From Basidiobolus meristosporus CBS 931.73 (Eukaryota; Fungi; Basidiobolomycota): a stretch of DNA of 64,000 nt. The notes under the pieces were generated by a model. The model was not told the DNA's origin. It made no database searches and was given only the letters and a program-made list of their open reading frames with translations. The stretch lies in assembly GCA_002104905.1 (NCBI GenBank), contig MCFE01000271.1, positions 1 to 64,000 on the forward strand. The letters are read 5' to 3'. A program made the translations under genes and the position numbers. Below are positions 23,861-36,118 of the stretch, one piece after another (positions within the stretch are counted from its first letter, which is position 1; every line of letters begins with the position of its first letter).

Positions 23861-26055
23861 ATTTGGGCCGTTCTACGTCCATTGCATATGTACGTAACAG
23901 GGTTAGCATCTCTTGTAAATTCCATTCGATCATTATTTTTGTAGTGTCTAATATTTCGGTAATACGAGCATTTAATTCACATTGAACTCTGACATCGTTC
24001 TGTATATGTCACTTCCATATACTGTACAACAAACCTCTATGGTAATTCTATAAATAATAAAATCCCCTTCTAGCTATGGCTTCACCGATTTAGAAAAGTT
24101 TCAACGCGCACATCATAAAAACCTGTGGAGAATGCCTCTTCATCTAGCCTCACGCAGCTGTGATCATCACTGTTGATGCAATGCCCTTCGCCAAGACTTA
24201 TGCACATAGATCAAATCTGTCTATAATGCCCACCACGATATCAAACCATCTACCCATAGATTACAATCAGTAAATGTCGATGTCCACCAGGCACCATATG
24301 CCCTGATATGAATAGATGATATGTTGGTTGGTTCAATCCATGACTCACTTGAATCAATTATCCATCTTAACCGAATGGATGCCCAATAACTAGTCTTTTC
24401 CTAGCTACTGTTTCTTACAAATCACTGGCACTTTGACACTCATGGTTTCTGAATCGATAATGCTGGAATGGCGCTGACTGATAAACCGGGACCAACTCTT
24501 GGCTCTATTGGCGGATGTATTTGGTGCCAATGGCCATGCATCTTGGGGGAAAATCACCGTCACGTCACGCTTGGATAGCAGTACCCTGGCCATCGAAGTC
24601 ACATGACATTAGGCAGAGTCTCCTCTGTTAGGCCAAGTGTCATATGCAGGAACTCGGTACAAACTGGCTTATTTTAGTTTACTGAGTCTACTTTATGCTT
24701 GGCATTACCATCACATTATACCCCAGAAAGCTTAATTAATCACGACTACCTTGCGGGATTCTTAAGCCATTGGCCAAGCAATCTAGATGATTTCGGATCA
24801 TGAACACTGAGAAAATAAATCCACTGTTAATGGCAAACCCTTCTGTACATTTGTCAAGCCAAGGGATTGTTCACATGATATCTATTGTTAGATTATTGGA
24901 GTTTTAGGGGAAGGAGCCGGTCACACGTTACATATTAAATATAGAAAGTCAGGCATCCGCTATTCGTTTACCACTCGGAAAATATACACCTTTCTGCTGC
25001 TGTATGAAATTAACATGGCAACATCAACCCATATATTGATGCATCGACAGTCCACGACTTTCTGCAATATCGTAGAAATCGTAGAAGGATTTCGAGTCGG
25101 ATATGAATAATTCATCAGCTACGCTTATCTGGGATTCTGAGAAACGCTCCAGTGTGCTATCGAAACAATAATCGATTTAGGCCAGGTGGAAAATAATATG
25201 TATAAATTCTTCAATGAAGAGTGACTCATGAATGAGTATATGCTCTTCGGATGTTAAAGCAAACCAATGTTGTGCTTCTAGCCCAGTCTTCAGCTTCAGT
25301 AAGATCATACACTTTACACCGCACAATTTCCTTTGCGCGGCACCTTTCAAACCTGATAATTGCAGTATGTTGCGGAGAGCCTGAATGGGTGCACCAACAT
25401 TTAGTAGACAATTTGCTGTTTGCTATTTTGCCAAACACTCCGGAATCTGATCCCTAGAATATTGATGACAATGAATCAAAACCAATCCAGTGAACAATCA
25501 CTGATTTGGCTATAATCCAACATCTCGTGGAGGGCCAAAAAAACTGCCAGTGGAACTGCCTTTTCCAATCGTGAGTGTTGTATATCAGCACATATTAGAT
25601 CACAGGGTACATTGCAGTAAGACTATATATCAACGTAAATCAAAAAATTTAACAACTCTTGCCTATTTTATGGAAGAGCTCAGGATTGGAATAGAGGCGG
25701 ATCACATGACTTGCACAGATTTCATAGAATATTGATTGATGATCAGTGTGTCGTTTGATTTTTAATCACGAAATCCTAGTGTAGTCAATAAAAAATCATT
25801 GAACTCATTATGCTATGTCCAACTCATTTTCAGAGTGGATATGTAATCGAACCGTAAAGAGCCTGTCGATAATGGCAAATCACAGGAAACGAGTTCATAT
25901 CACGTGAAACATCCTCGGTTCTCTGTTACCGCAGAGATTCGAAACATTACAAAGCAACGGATCTCCAGAAAAAAAGGGATTTTGTTATATATTGCCCATA
26001 TTGCCTTCTTTTATCTCGGATTCGGCTTATCAAGTAAAGAGTTCGACCGCTCAAA

Positions 26056-28300
26056 ATGGCATTCTCAGGTGGACTGGTTTTAACAGATCTCAACGACTTC
26101 ATTTCTCCCTCACAAGCCTGCGTCAAGCCTGTGGAGGTTAAAAAAACTGCAGAAAGTAATTCGTCTGGGGTAATGGCCGTTTTTGCATCTCTACAACGAA
26201 TCGACGAAGCTAACCATTCATTTGTTGGCGCCCACTCCAGACCATAAAGATAGATAATAGCGGCGGTTATTATGAGGTTGGAGTTGAAGGCGAGGAAACG
26301 AAATTGGAGGCAGCTTCGATTACCCTGAATGATTGCCTAGCCTGCAGGCAAGTTTTGCAGAGAACGCCTCTTTAACTCCGCCGTTATTAATCCCATTTAT
26401 AGCGGCTGTATTACGTCGGCCGAAAGTATCCTAGTTTCAATGCAATCTCAAGAGGAATTATTCAACGTACTAAAAGCCAACAAAGCTGCTCTAGAGGTAT
26501 ACAATAAGACTGCATATAGCATGTAATATATGGAAATTGAATGCAGTCGACTAAATCGATTTTCCAGAGTGGAGCACCTCAGAATGTGCGTACGGTCATT
26601 ATTTCCATATCCCCTCAATCACGGGCATCGATAGCTGCAAAGTATAATTTGACCCCACTACAGGTATGTATATTTGTATAGGCTGCTGACACTTGTAAAA
26701 ACCATCTCGTACTTACCTCTATAAAATCCAGGTTGCCAAACGTCTGACATGGTTCTTCAAGAACCTTGGTGTCCACCAAGTCTTTGATACATCATTCTCT
26801 CGGGACTTTTCCTTGGTGGAAAGTGCTAGAGAGTTTGTTGGAAAGTACAAAAAGTGGCAATCCCAAAACCCTACTCCCATAGTTGAGGAGACTGTCAATG
26901 CTCCAAAGAGAATGCGCCGTGCTCCTCCAAAAGCGTCAGATATTTCGGCGGACTCTGCTATGCCTATGCTAGCATCGGCTTGCCCAGGTTTGATCTCTAC
27001 TCAAGTATCTAGAGTGTCCATCAGTTTGAGATTAACCCTGTTAAATAGGCTGGATTTGTTATGCGGAAAAAACCCATGGCTACCTTCTTCCTCATATTAG
27101 CACTACTAAATCCCCCCAACAAATAATGGGGAGCTTGGTAAAAGATTTCCATGGGAAGAGACTCGGTTTGAAGTAAAGAGCTTTCATACGCCACATCATT
27201 CAGGTACACCACATACTTACTATAGTTGCTTTTAGCCCTGACCAGATATACCATGTTTGTGTTATGCCGTGCTACGACAAAAAGCTAGAAGCATCCCGTC
27301 AAGATTTTTACAATGATGTTTACAAGACAAGAGAGGTTGACTGCGTTATCACCACCGGTAAGCTTTGGTTTTTTGGTTCTACATGCTATGGAGATTAACT
27401 CTGCTGATAGGTGAGGTTGAGATGATGTTCCAAGAGCAGAATACCACAATTAGCGAATTTGGAGAAGCAGATCTGGACGCACCGTAAGTGCACATGCGTC
27501 TCCGTCTTTCCACTCCTTTACTGATCCAAATTAAGATATACCAAGGCCGTCATGGATCCCAATTGTAATTCCGAGACATTGCTTGGTTCTTCAGGATCAT
27601 CATCAGGAGGTTATTTGGAGTATATTTTCAAATATGCGGCTAGGGAACTGTTTGGTTTGGATATTGGGAACGTGAATGACTCCCCTCACGTCACAGTCAA
27701 GACTCTACGTACCGCCGATTTTTACGAAGTTTGCCTTATGGTTAGAATGCGTAGTGGAGTCGGTTTTGAATGCTCTAGAATTAAGGGGTTTTCGCGAATT
27801 TTTTAGGATGGCCAGAAAGAATTGCTTAAATTTGCCGGGGCATACGGTTTTCGAAATATTCAGAACTTGGTTCGCAAAGTTAAATTGGGCAGAAGCCCCT
27901 ACCATTTCGTCGAAGTGATGGCATGCCCTTCAGGTAAATACAATGATCTTCAAATAATCATCGAATTAGTCAATTCAACACATTATTCGTCAGGCTGCAT
28001 CAACGGAGGAGGTCAACTTAAGCACCCAAGCGAAGTCAACCTAAAGGAATGGCTCACGAAGGTGGACGAAATATACAAGTCAGTGGATGGATTGCTACCG
28101 GAGCAAAACGAAACCGTCATCAAGCTTTATAGGTATTTTGCACTCTACTAGCCTTGTATCATTGAATTTACTAATCAATCTGCATGAAATATAGTGAATG
28201 GCTAGGTGGATTAGATTCAGAGATTGCTCAAAAGGTCTTGCACACGCAATACCACGCCGTGGAGGCAAATTTGCAGAATCCATTGGCGGTGAAGTGGTAG
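26056..28300 (+). CDS. NAR1: Cytosolic Fe-S cluster assembly factor Nar1 (Fe-only hydrogenase-like), multi-exon
   Basis: N-terminal [26 protein letters not shown]|[53 protein letters not shown]|CINGGGQ, and C-terminal LHTQYHAVE...AVKW* (TAG 28298-28300). Confidence 0.95.
26348..26402 (+). other. Non-canonical GC-AG intron (55 nt) in NAR1
   Basis: TGCAG|GCAAGT...TTTATAG|CGGCTGT. Removing it restores the conserved [12 protein letters not shown] motif. Confidence 0.85.
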
Positions 28301-28620
28301 CCGTCCAAGCAATGCTAGCTCGACAGTACTAGATGCGATTCCGACTATTCCAAAAACCATCATATTTGTACAAATAATCATCGATATTACAGTTTATTTG
28401 TTTTTGGACGGGTATTTAATCCCTACAAAACTGCTGCACTCAGCAGCGTACGCAGGAAGTACTTGGACAAGTAAATAAATCGGAATCTCCTTCAGATTTC
28501 AATCAAAATCACTTAACGGTTTATTGAGTGTCGGCAGAGAGACTCGGATAAATGAGCACATATACATTTGGATCATACTAGGCTAGATGAATCAACACAG
28601 GAATGAATGGAGTGTTGCGG

Positions 28621-29720
28621 TCAAGAGATGGTTCCCTTGACGATGGATTTCACGGTTACGAGACCATGTTTCGTCTTGAATGGAGAATTTTTATACATGC
28701 AGATGCGATTTTCATCGGTCCAGAAATGGGGCGCCACCTTCTCGAAGATCTTCTTCTTTGGATTTAGTATGCGGTCTGCTTCACCAGGGAAACCATCGAA
28801 GAAAATTCTATCTCCAGGCATCGAGCCTTGGGGCGGCTCCAAAAGTTCGACCTTTCCGTCTTTAGAAGCGCACAGCAACATGCCATGGGATATGATTCCA
28901 CGAAGCTTGGATGGCTTCATATTGCGAACCACCACTACATCACGGCCCTTGGAGCAGCCATTAGCATGTGTGAACTAGAAATGAATGGAGTCATCGACTT
29001 ACAATTAGCTCCTCTTGGGGGATGTATCTGACCAGGCCGCTGACAATAATGCGAGGATCTGGGGAGTCACCGACATCAACTAAACCAAATATTCGACTGT
29101 CAGTCACGTCGATAGACTATCCAAAGTCGATACGTACCTCGTTCAATATACAAATATTCAGCAGAAGGGTGGCGCTCAGCCTCTACTATCTTGCCTACAC
29201 ATAAATCTAGTCTGTGAATGTGCTCCTCCTCCTCTTGATTCTCTGGGGGGATCTCACTAGCGCCGCCGGCATCTTTTGTGCCAGGGGTGTTCGAGCTGGT
29301 GGAAAAGGGCGCGGCGAACATGTCGTGGGCGTAAGGTGGAGTGGTTTGGTCTAAAATAAGAGGTCATTATCCACGTTCTGTAGCAACCGAAACCCACCAG
29401 CAAAACATACCATTACGGCGTAAGTGGGAGTTGAAAAGCATTTGTTGAACCAGGCAGTTGGAGGTGAGGTCCAAACCAGAGGCCGAGGTGGACTTGAAAT
29501 TGACAGCCTGGCGAGTATCGGAAACGATAGGGTTCAACCTGTAGGAGTTGCTTATGCTGGCTGAGCTCAAGTCGTCCCATTCGTCATCCTCAGTTTGATA
29601 AGCAAGCGCTGCAGCCGAGTAGAATCTCCCATTCAGCTTGCTTATTCCCCGGGCAGGCGGATAGCGAAGTGCCGATAAAGGTAATTTGGGCAGCTTTGAC
29701 AAGATTCCAAAAGTTCCCAT
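28621..29720 (-). CDS. Arc1/AIMP1(EMAPII)-like tRNA-binding OB-fold protein with presequence-like N-terminus (4 exons)
   Basis: RLDLCVGKIVEAERHPSAEYLYIER|VDVGDSPDPRIIVSGLVRYIP...VVRNMKPSKLRGIISHGMLLCAS...VELLEPP...PGDRIFF...LNPKKKIFEKV, joined across GT-AG introns. Confidence 0.78.
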
Positions 29721-30109
29721 TCTATCTCCTTATACTTCCAAGCAAATGGTAGCAAATTCAAAATGGCCTCACAACCCAAGCAACAGAAGCTGGAGAAGGC
29801 GGAATTGTGAATAATTTTTTGTAGGAATGGAGGAAAAAAATCTCTCGATCAACAAAAAATGGTCATCGAACAGTTAATCCTCGATGGACATCTCTATTGA
29901 ATAGAATATTTATTAAGACCCCAAAGATATCTTTCCTTTTTCGGGAAGGCTGGATGGCTTTTACGATTTTCATTGGAATGTTCCAACGGCGTTATTTCAT
30001 GCGATTTAAGCCTAAATAATACAGTAAGATTGTAGTAGAACATATTAACAGCGGGGTCGAATAGAGTTTGTTGGCTCAATACACGAATCCTAGGCAAATG
30101 GGGAGAAGA

Positions 30110-32664
30110 TCAATGGCACATCGCACGAGGGACGGAGTCGTCATGGTCTTTGCCGATCAACTCTACGATTGATCGATAGACAACGGATTCAATACCATCG
30201 ACTTCGACATCAATGTCGTCCTCCGATATCTCCATATCCGACGAGTTCACAAATCCGTTGCGATAGGTAACCCTCAAGCGGATAGTGTCAGCTCGAGTCT
30301 CGTGGCTCTGGCATTTTTTGGATCCACGGAGGCCGCACAAAATTTTCTGTCGGCATTTCCCATTGAGAGAGCAAGGCTCTACGCGATGACGGGAATCGGC
30401 AAGCGGGAGAAACCGACGTGACTTGTACTGGAAAAACTGATCGAAAAGTTGCGAATTGACCTCGAATCGATCAACTAGTCCTGTAAGCGGTTGAAGGTTT
30501 CAATTAATACGGGTTCTCGGCATGGGGTGTTTACACATGGATTACCGCTCCAGCTGCTGGGGCTTAGATCCTTCAAACCGTAGGCTTCCTTGGCTGAATA
30601 CACCAGCTGCCAATCCGGTGTTTTTTGCTCGTTCACCTTAACAAGATCCAAAGCGTAGGTGAAGTGGTTTAGGACCTGCTTGGTGTTCTTGTCTACCTCG
30701 TATACTCGGAAGCTGGGGTTCACGTCCTCATATGGGGTAACGGAAGGTCCTATATAAGCAACGTTGATGGGGTTGTTTGGCATAATGGTGGAGTTGCCGT
30801 ATTCGTAGAAGAGCTGGAATTCGTCATAGTGAGTGTGGCCGTAAAATTGGCCCGCTATGGTATCGTGATAGCGAGTCACGATTCTCAAGAACTCTCGTCG
30901 GAACCAGTCTAAACCGTCAATATAGTCCAATGGTGACATATGCTAGGGATATTTCGTATCAATGCTATATCAAGGTGGTGGTGTAGCACTGCCCACTTAC
31001 CCCAATAATAAAGACTTTTTCACCAATATTCTCCGACTCCTGAAGCTCATTAATTAACCACTGAAACATATTGTCTGGATCCGTTTCGTTACGACGGACG
31101 TGCAACCACCAATTGAATCGGTACCCCAGATTGGAGTTAATAGAGATAATCTTTAGATTTTCCTGAGGACGATCGACCGAGTAAAACCCTGCCTTCCTCA
31201 ACTCGCCCAAGCTTTTGTCGGAAAGCCAAGAATCCCACTGCTCAGCAAGCTGTTGAATTTTGTTAGTGGCATTATTTTCAGGGTGGTTATGCTGTGCACA
31301 CCAACCGAATTGTACAGCCATTCGATGCTATTGAAACTCATCGAGCTTGTGGGGAATGAGTTAATGGGCGCAGATTCGTGGTTGCCTACGACATGTATTA
31401 GCATTGTACACACAATGGTGTGGGAAGATTAATGTTACCGATGCTGAAATAGGCGCTGATGTTCATCTTGTCAAATGCTTGCTTCATATCCATGAGTGTA
31501 GTCTTTTCTACCTCCAGAACTGACTCCTGTGTCTCTGCCCAGATATCTACAATCGAACATTAAATTGAAGGACCAGTGCTTCGCCAAAGAGTGGCACTTA
31601 CCGTGAGGTGGCAGGTCTCTAGTAAGGTGGTTAATCGTTAGCCTGGTTATACACCGTAGACAACCAAGTGAAGCTTACCCAGTCATAACCACAAAGTCGA
31701 GCTTAGGCGCTACCTGAGGAATGGTCTCTAGCATACTGTCAATGACAAGCCGAGTGGCATCTAACAATCAAAAGTCAAGTTATTATGGATGCCTATGGAA
31801 TCAAGAGGCGTCTTTTTCCTTTACCGCAGTTGTAATCTCCCCACATGCCTGCTGGCCTCTTGGCATCAGTACCATAGTTGTGAGGGGATCGGCAGCAGAG
31901 CGGCTCTCCGCAATCCGCCTCAAATCCTTCCTATCAACGAGTCAATTTGAGTGCAAAGCTAGATGAAAAAGGTGTAACATGCCTGATAATCAGGATCAAA
32001 ATGCCAGTCGCTTAGGTGTAATATGTATAGCTTTTCTCCCTCTGGGTCAATAGGTTGGGGTGGCGAAGGGCTACGAGTACGTGGTGGTAGAGGTGATTCC
32101 AGCAAAGGTCGCTCAAAGGCTGGGCAGAACTTCAATTGACCGCACAGTATCTCTTCATCAAACATAGTATTGGCCGCAACAGTCAATGCCCAAGGGCCAA
32201 ATTGGCCGATCACCTCTTTACACTGTATAAAGTGAACGGTTTTAGAAGGTGCACACTTTTAAACAGGTGGAGTATGAGGACTAACGATGTACGGAGTCTG
32301 GACTTTAAAGAGAATACAAAGTTCGGTTACGGAAGCTAACACTGCTTTCATAGACATTTTCTTAAGTATAGCACCCTTCGCCGCTCTTGCAATGGCTTGG
32401 CAGGCACGGCAAGTTAACGTTGTACCATTCTAAAATGAACAGGATTGGAACATGCAATGCGGAACGCGTCAAATCGCAACAACCTACTTGAATGCCTACT
32501 TCGAACGGATCATTGAAGCCCAAGGAATTTGTGAATTTAAATTCGAACTGATTTGCGAGAGGAAATCCAGGTTCAGGGCCGAAATACTGTTGTTTAGGAT
32601 TCTGTCTAGCGGCTACTGTGTTACATGCAACAAGCGCACAAACAGAGAAGAGCTTTATAAGCAT
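30110..32664 (-). CDS. Acid sphingomyelinase-like metallophosphoesterase (signal peptide, saposin-like region), multi-exon
   Basis: Hydrophobic N-terminus MLIKLFSVCALVAC, ILHLSDWHFDPDY, GNHESAPINSFP, GFYSVDRP...LKIISINSN, FYGHTHYDEFQLFY, YIGPSVTPY..VNPSFRVYEVD. Exon borders were not all traced. Confidence 0.9.
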
Positions 32665-33624
32665 GATAGACTACTATAGGAAAACTTAACGAGAGCCTCA
32701 GCAATTAATTCTCAAGACGAGTCAACCTAGGCAAGAGGAATAATGTCCCAAGTTCCAATGGGCAATGAAGATATATTGGAAAGCCTTCCCTTTTCAGCAC
32801 TCCTTGGTCCAATTCAGAATCAGTTTATATATTAGTCTGGTTTCGCTGCTACACATCATCATTACCTTATGAATTCCGATCGCAGTCCTATGTACGCAGT
32901 GAGGAATCAATTTGATGGCACGCTTACGAATGCCAGTATATACTCACAGTGCAAACACGTGAGCCAGGAGTTGAGCCTCATGACGTTTGATGGACAATCC
33001 GATTTGGTGTCCGATGACCAACGTCGTGACAAACGTCAATGAATTTGGGCTGTGGATTCCAGCATGTAGGAAGATGGATTCCATGAAAACAGTGGGGTCT
33101 GCATCCCTTTAGGGACGAGTGGTGAGCCAGAATCACGATGCCTGCACTTGGCATTGATTGGTCCTTGCAGCAATCTACTTCGGCATCAGTCAATCAGGAT
33201 GCAGAGTGACGTGACTATTTCCAGCGCTCAGTTGCTTTGCTGTCAGGCCCAACAGGTAACATGCCATCTGGTGATTTGTGCCATATGCAGGTTGAAAAAA
33301 GAGAATCTGGGATGAATCGAATTTCGATGATTGCTGGTTTTTTCAGGTACCAAAGATCTCACACGCACAATGGATTTTTTGTTCTGTGCATTCCTCCCAA
33401 AATGGCACTGGTAATTCTTAAACTCTAAAAAGTTTGCTTCAAGATGTAGATATCAGTCATTTTCACCGAGATCCAACAATAGCAGTTCTTGCTATTGGCT
33501 TGACCAACGTTTGCTTGGGTTCCACCAATGGATGTGGATCCAAATTTTCGCGTGGGAATAGTCATGTCATTTCTGTCTTATAAATTCCTGTTTCCATATC
33601 ACATCAGCACTATTCATAATCAAT

Positions 33625-35973
33625 ATGAGCAGTAAAGAGGGGTCACCGCTCTCTAGCGGCCTAAACACTCCCAAAGAATCTTCGCATGTCCCATACATCG
33701 TTGAAAGCGATGCCGTGAATTTTCAGATGGCTGCTGATACCGATGGAATGCTTTTGCCAGGTCAGATTCTTTCTCCTAGTTTCGCCGGCCGTTGTCGAGC
33801 TAAATAGAGTATGAACTCCTTAGATATCAGTCGAGTACTTATCATTTACACTGGCGGTACCATCGGTATGAAGAACCACTCAATCCATGGGTATATGCCG
33901 GTATGATTATTTGTGGTGGCTCTGTGTTGTTTTGTTATTTGACGCCCCTACCCCGCATATATAGGAGCCGAATTACCTCGAGGATGTCCTTTTACGCAGC
34001 GGCCGTTTCCATGATGAAAAATTCCTTCAAGCGCACTCGCGGTCTTCTTCCCCGGCGCTTGGTGTTTCTTCTCCCTCGTTTGCTCCTCAAACCCCGAGAT
34101 GGCTTATGACGCCATGTTCGATCTACGGAAAGCGTATCAGATACAGAATCTTGGAATATACTCCACTCTTGGACTCGAGTAATATGCGAATGGAGGACTG
34201 GATACGAATCTCGGCCGACATAGAGAAACATTACGAGTTTTATGACGCTTTCATTGTCTTGCACGGTACCGATACAATGGCCTACACCGCAAGTGCTCTC
34301 AGCTTCATGCTCGAGGATATCGGCAAAACTGTTATCATTACAGGATCCCAGGTGCCTATATCAGAGGTTAGAAATGACGGTGTCGAAAACCTGCTTGGGG
34401 CATTAACTATTGCCGGGCACTTCGTAATTCCAGAAGTATCTCTCTACTTCAACAACAAGTTGTTCCGTGGTAATAGGTGCTCGAAGGTTGATGCAGTCAA
34501 TTTCGATGCGTTCGACTCTCCAAACATGAAGCCTTTAGTTGAAATTGGGATCAACATTGACGTTAACTGGGCTGAGGTATTAAGACCAAGCGCAATCAAC
34601 AAATTCCATACCCATAAACACATGAACCCAAATGTGGCCTCGCTACGACTATTCCCGGGTATAACCGAGGCTTCCGTGCGCGCATTTTTGGCTGACCCAA
34701 TCCAAGGAGTGGTCTTGGAAACTTTTGGTGCTGGTAATGCCCCCAGCAATAGACCAGAGCTCATCAATGCACTAGAGGAGGCTAGCAAGAGAGGGGTTGT
34801 TATTGTAAATTGCTCTCAATGCAAGCGCGGGTCAGTGTCGGATGCCTATGAGGTGGCCAAGCCATTGCTACGCGCTCAAGTTGTGCCAGGCGGCGACATG
34901 ACCCCAGAGTGCGCCCTAACAAAGCTTAGCTATCTTCTCGGTCGTGGATTCACCCCCGAGCAGTGTCGTGAATTGGTTGGCAAAAGTTTGCGCGGTGAAC
35001 TTACTGTTGTCAACAATAGACAACGCTTTTCGCTTTACAACCGCACATATAATTTGATACAAGCCGTATTGAGCCACGCATTGCCGCTAAATGTTGCTGA
35101 AAACAAGATTGACACTTGGGCAGAAACCACTGCCTATTCGCCCCAAGAGCGTACTCTGGTGGAAAAGTCCTTGTATCCTGTGTTACTTTGTGCCGCCGCT
35201 GCTTCAAACGACCTCAAAGGGCTAAAGCTACTCGACGAAGTTCTCGGTGATCAACTACAGCTCAATTGCATGGATTATGACGGACGCACGCCTCTGGTAA
35301 GAAACACAGATTGGATGTATGTGTATATGTAGTAACTGATTGGAATGCATCAAAACAGCACTTGGCAAGCAGTGAAGGGCACTACGATTGCGTTGAATTC
35401 TTGCTAACACAGGGAGCGAGTGTACATGCCTCTGACCGATTTGGACATACCCCTCTCTATGAGGCAGTCCGTAATCGCCACAAACTCATTGCAAAGCTCT
35501 TGCGACAGGCAGGTGCTCATTTCAACGACAAAGAGAAAAAGGACGTGGCATTCGACTTGGGCAGGTTGGTCGTCTTTTTGATTTCCCTCGTGAAGTAGTA
35601 CTGAACATCGATGGTAATTAGGGCTGCTGCGTCTGGAAACCTAGAAGTAGTCAAGTTGTTCGTCGAGAATGGTGCTAGCATCAATGCTCGTGTCTTCGAT
35701 GAGCGCACACCACTCCATTTGGTAAGACATAGGTTTTCGTCGAGTCGATGAGTTTGATGTCCAACTAACCCATATTTCAAGGCGGTGTCCGAAAACAGAT
35801 CTGCAGTTGTAACCTACCTTTTAAAACAGGCTGATGCTGATATAGCAGCTCTTGATCGTTGGGGTCGTACGCCCCTGGACGAGGCCAGATTAATGCTCAG
35901 CACCAAGGGGAGTGGAACTGATTTGGTCAATATGCTAGTTGCGAGAATGAAGCTGGACGCCAATAGCTCATAG
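33625..35973 (+). CDS. Type I L-asparaginase with C-terminal ankyrin repeats (60-kDa lysophospholipase/ASPG-like), multi-exon
   Basis: IIYTGGTIGM, PLLDSSNM, VLHGTDTMAYTASALSFM, TGSQVP and GGDMTPECALTKLSYLL. Ankyrin repeats DYDGRTPL|HLA, DRFGHTPLYEA, DRWGRTPLDEA. Confidence 0.93.
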
Positions 35974-36118
35974 ACATAGACGCTGTCTAGAATCATTTTC
36001 AAGTGATTAATTTACTCTACCTCAACATTGTAAACGATATATACCCATCAATACATAGCGGATGGGCCCATAAATATATAAAAGCATGAAAAGTATCAAA
36101 AAGTATCATTGATTTTAT

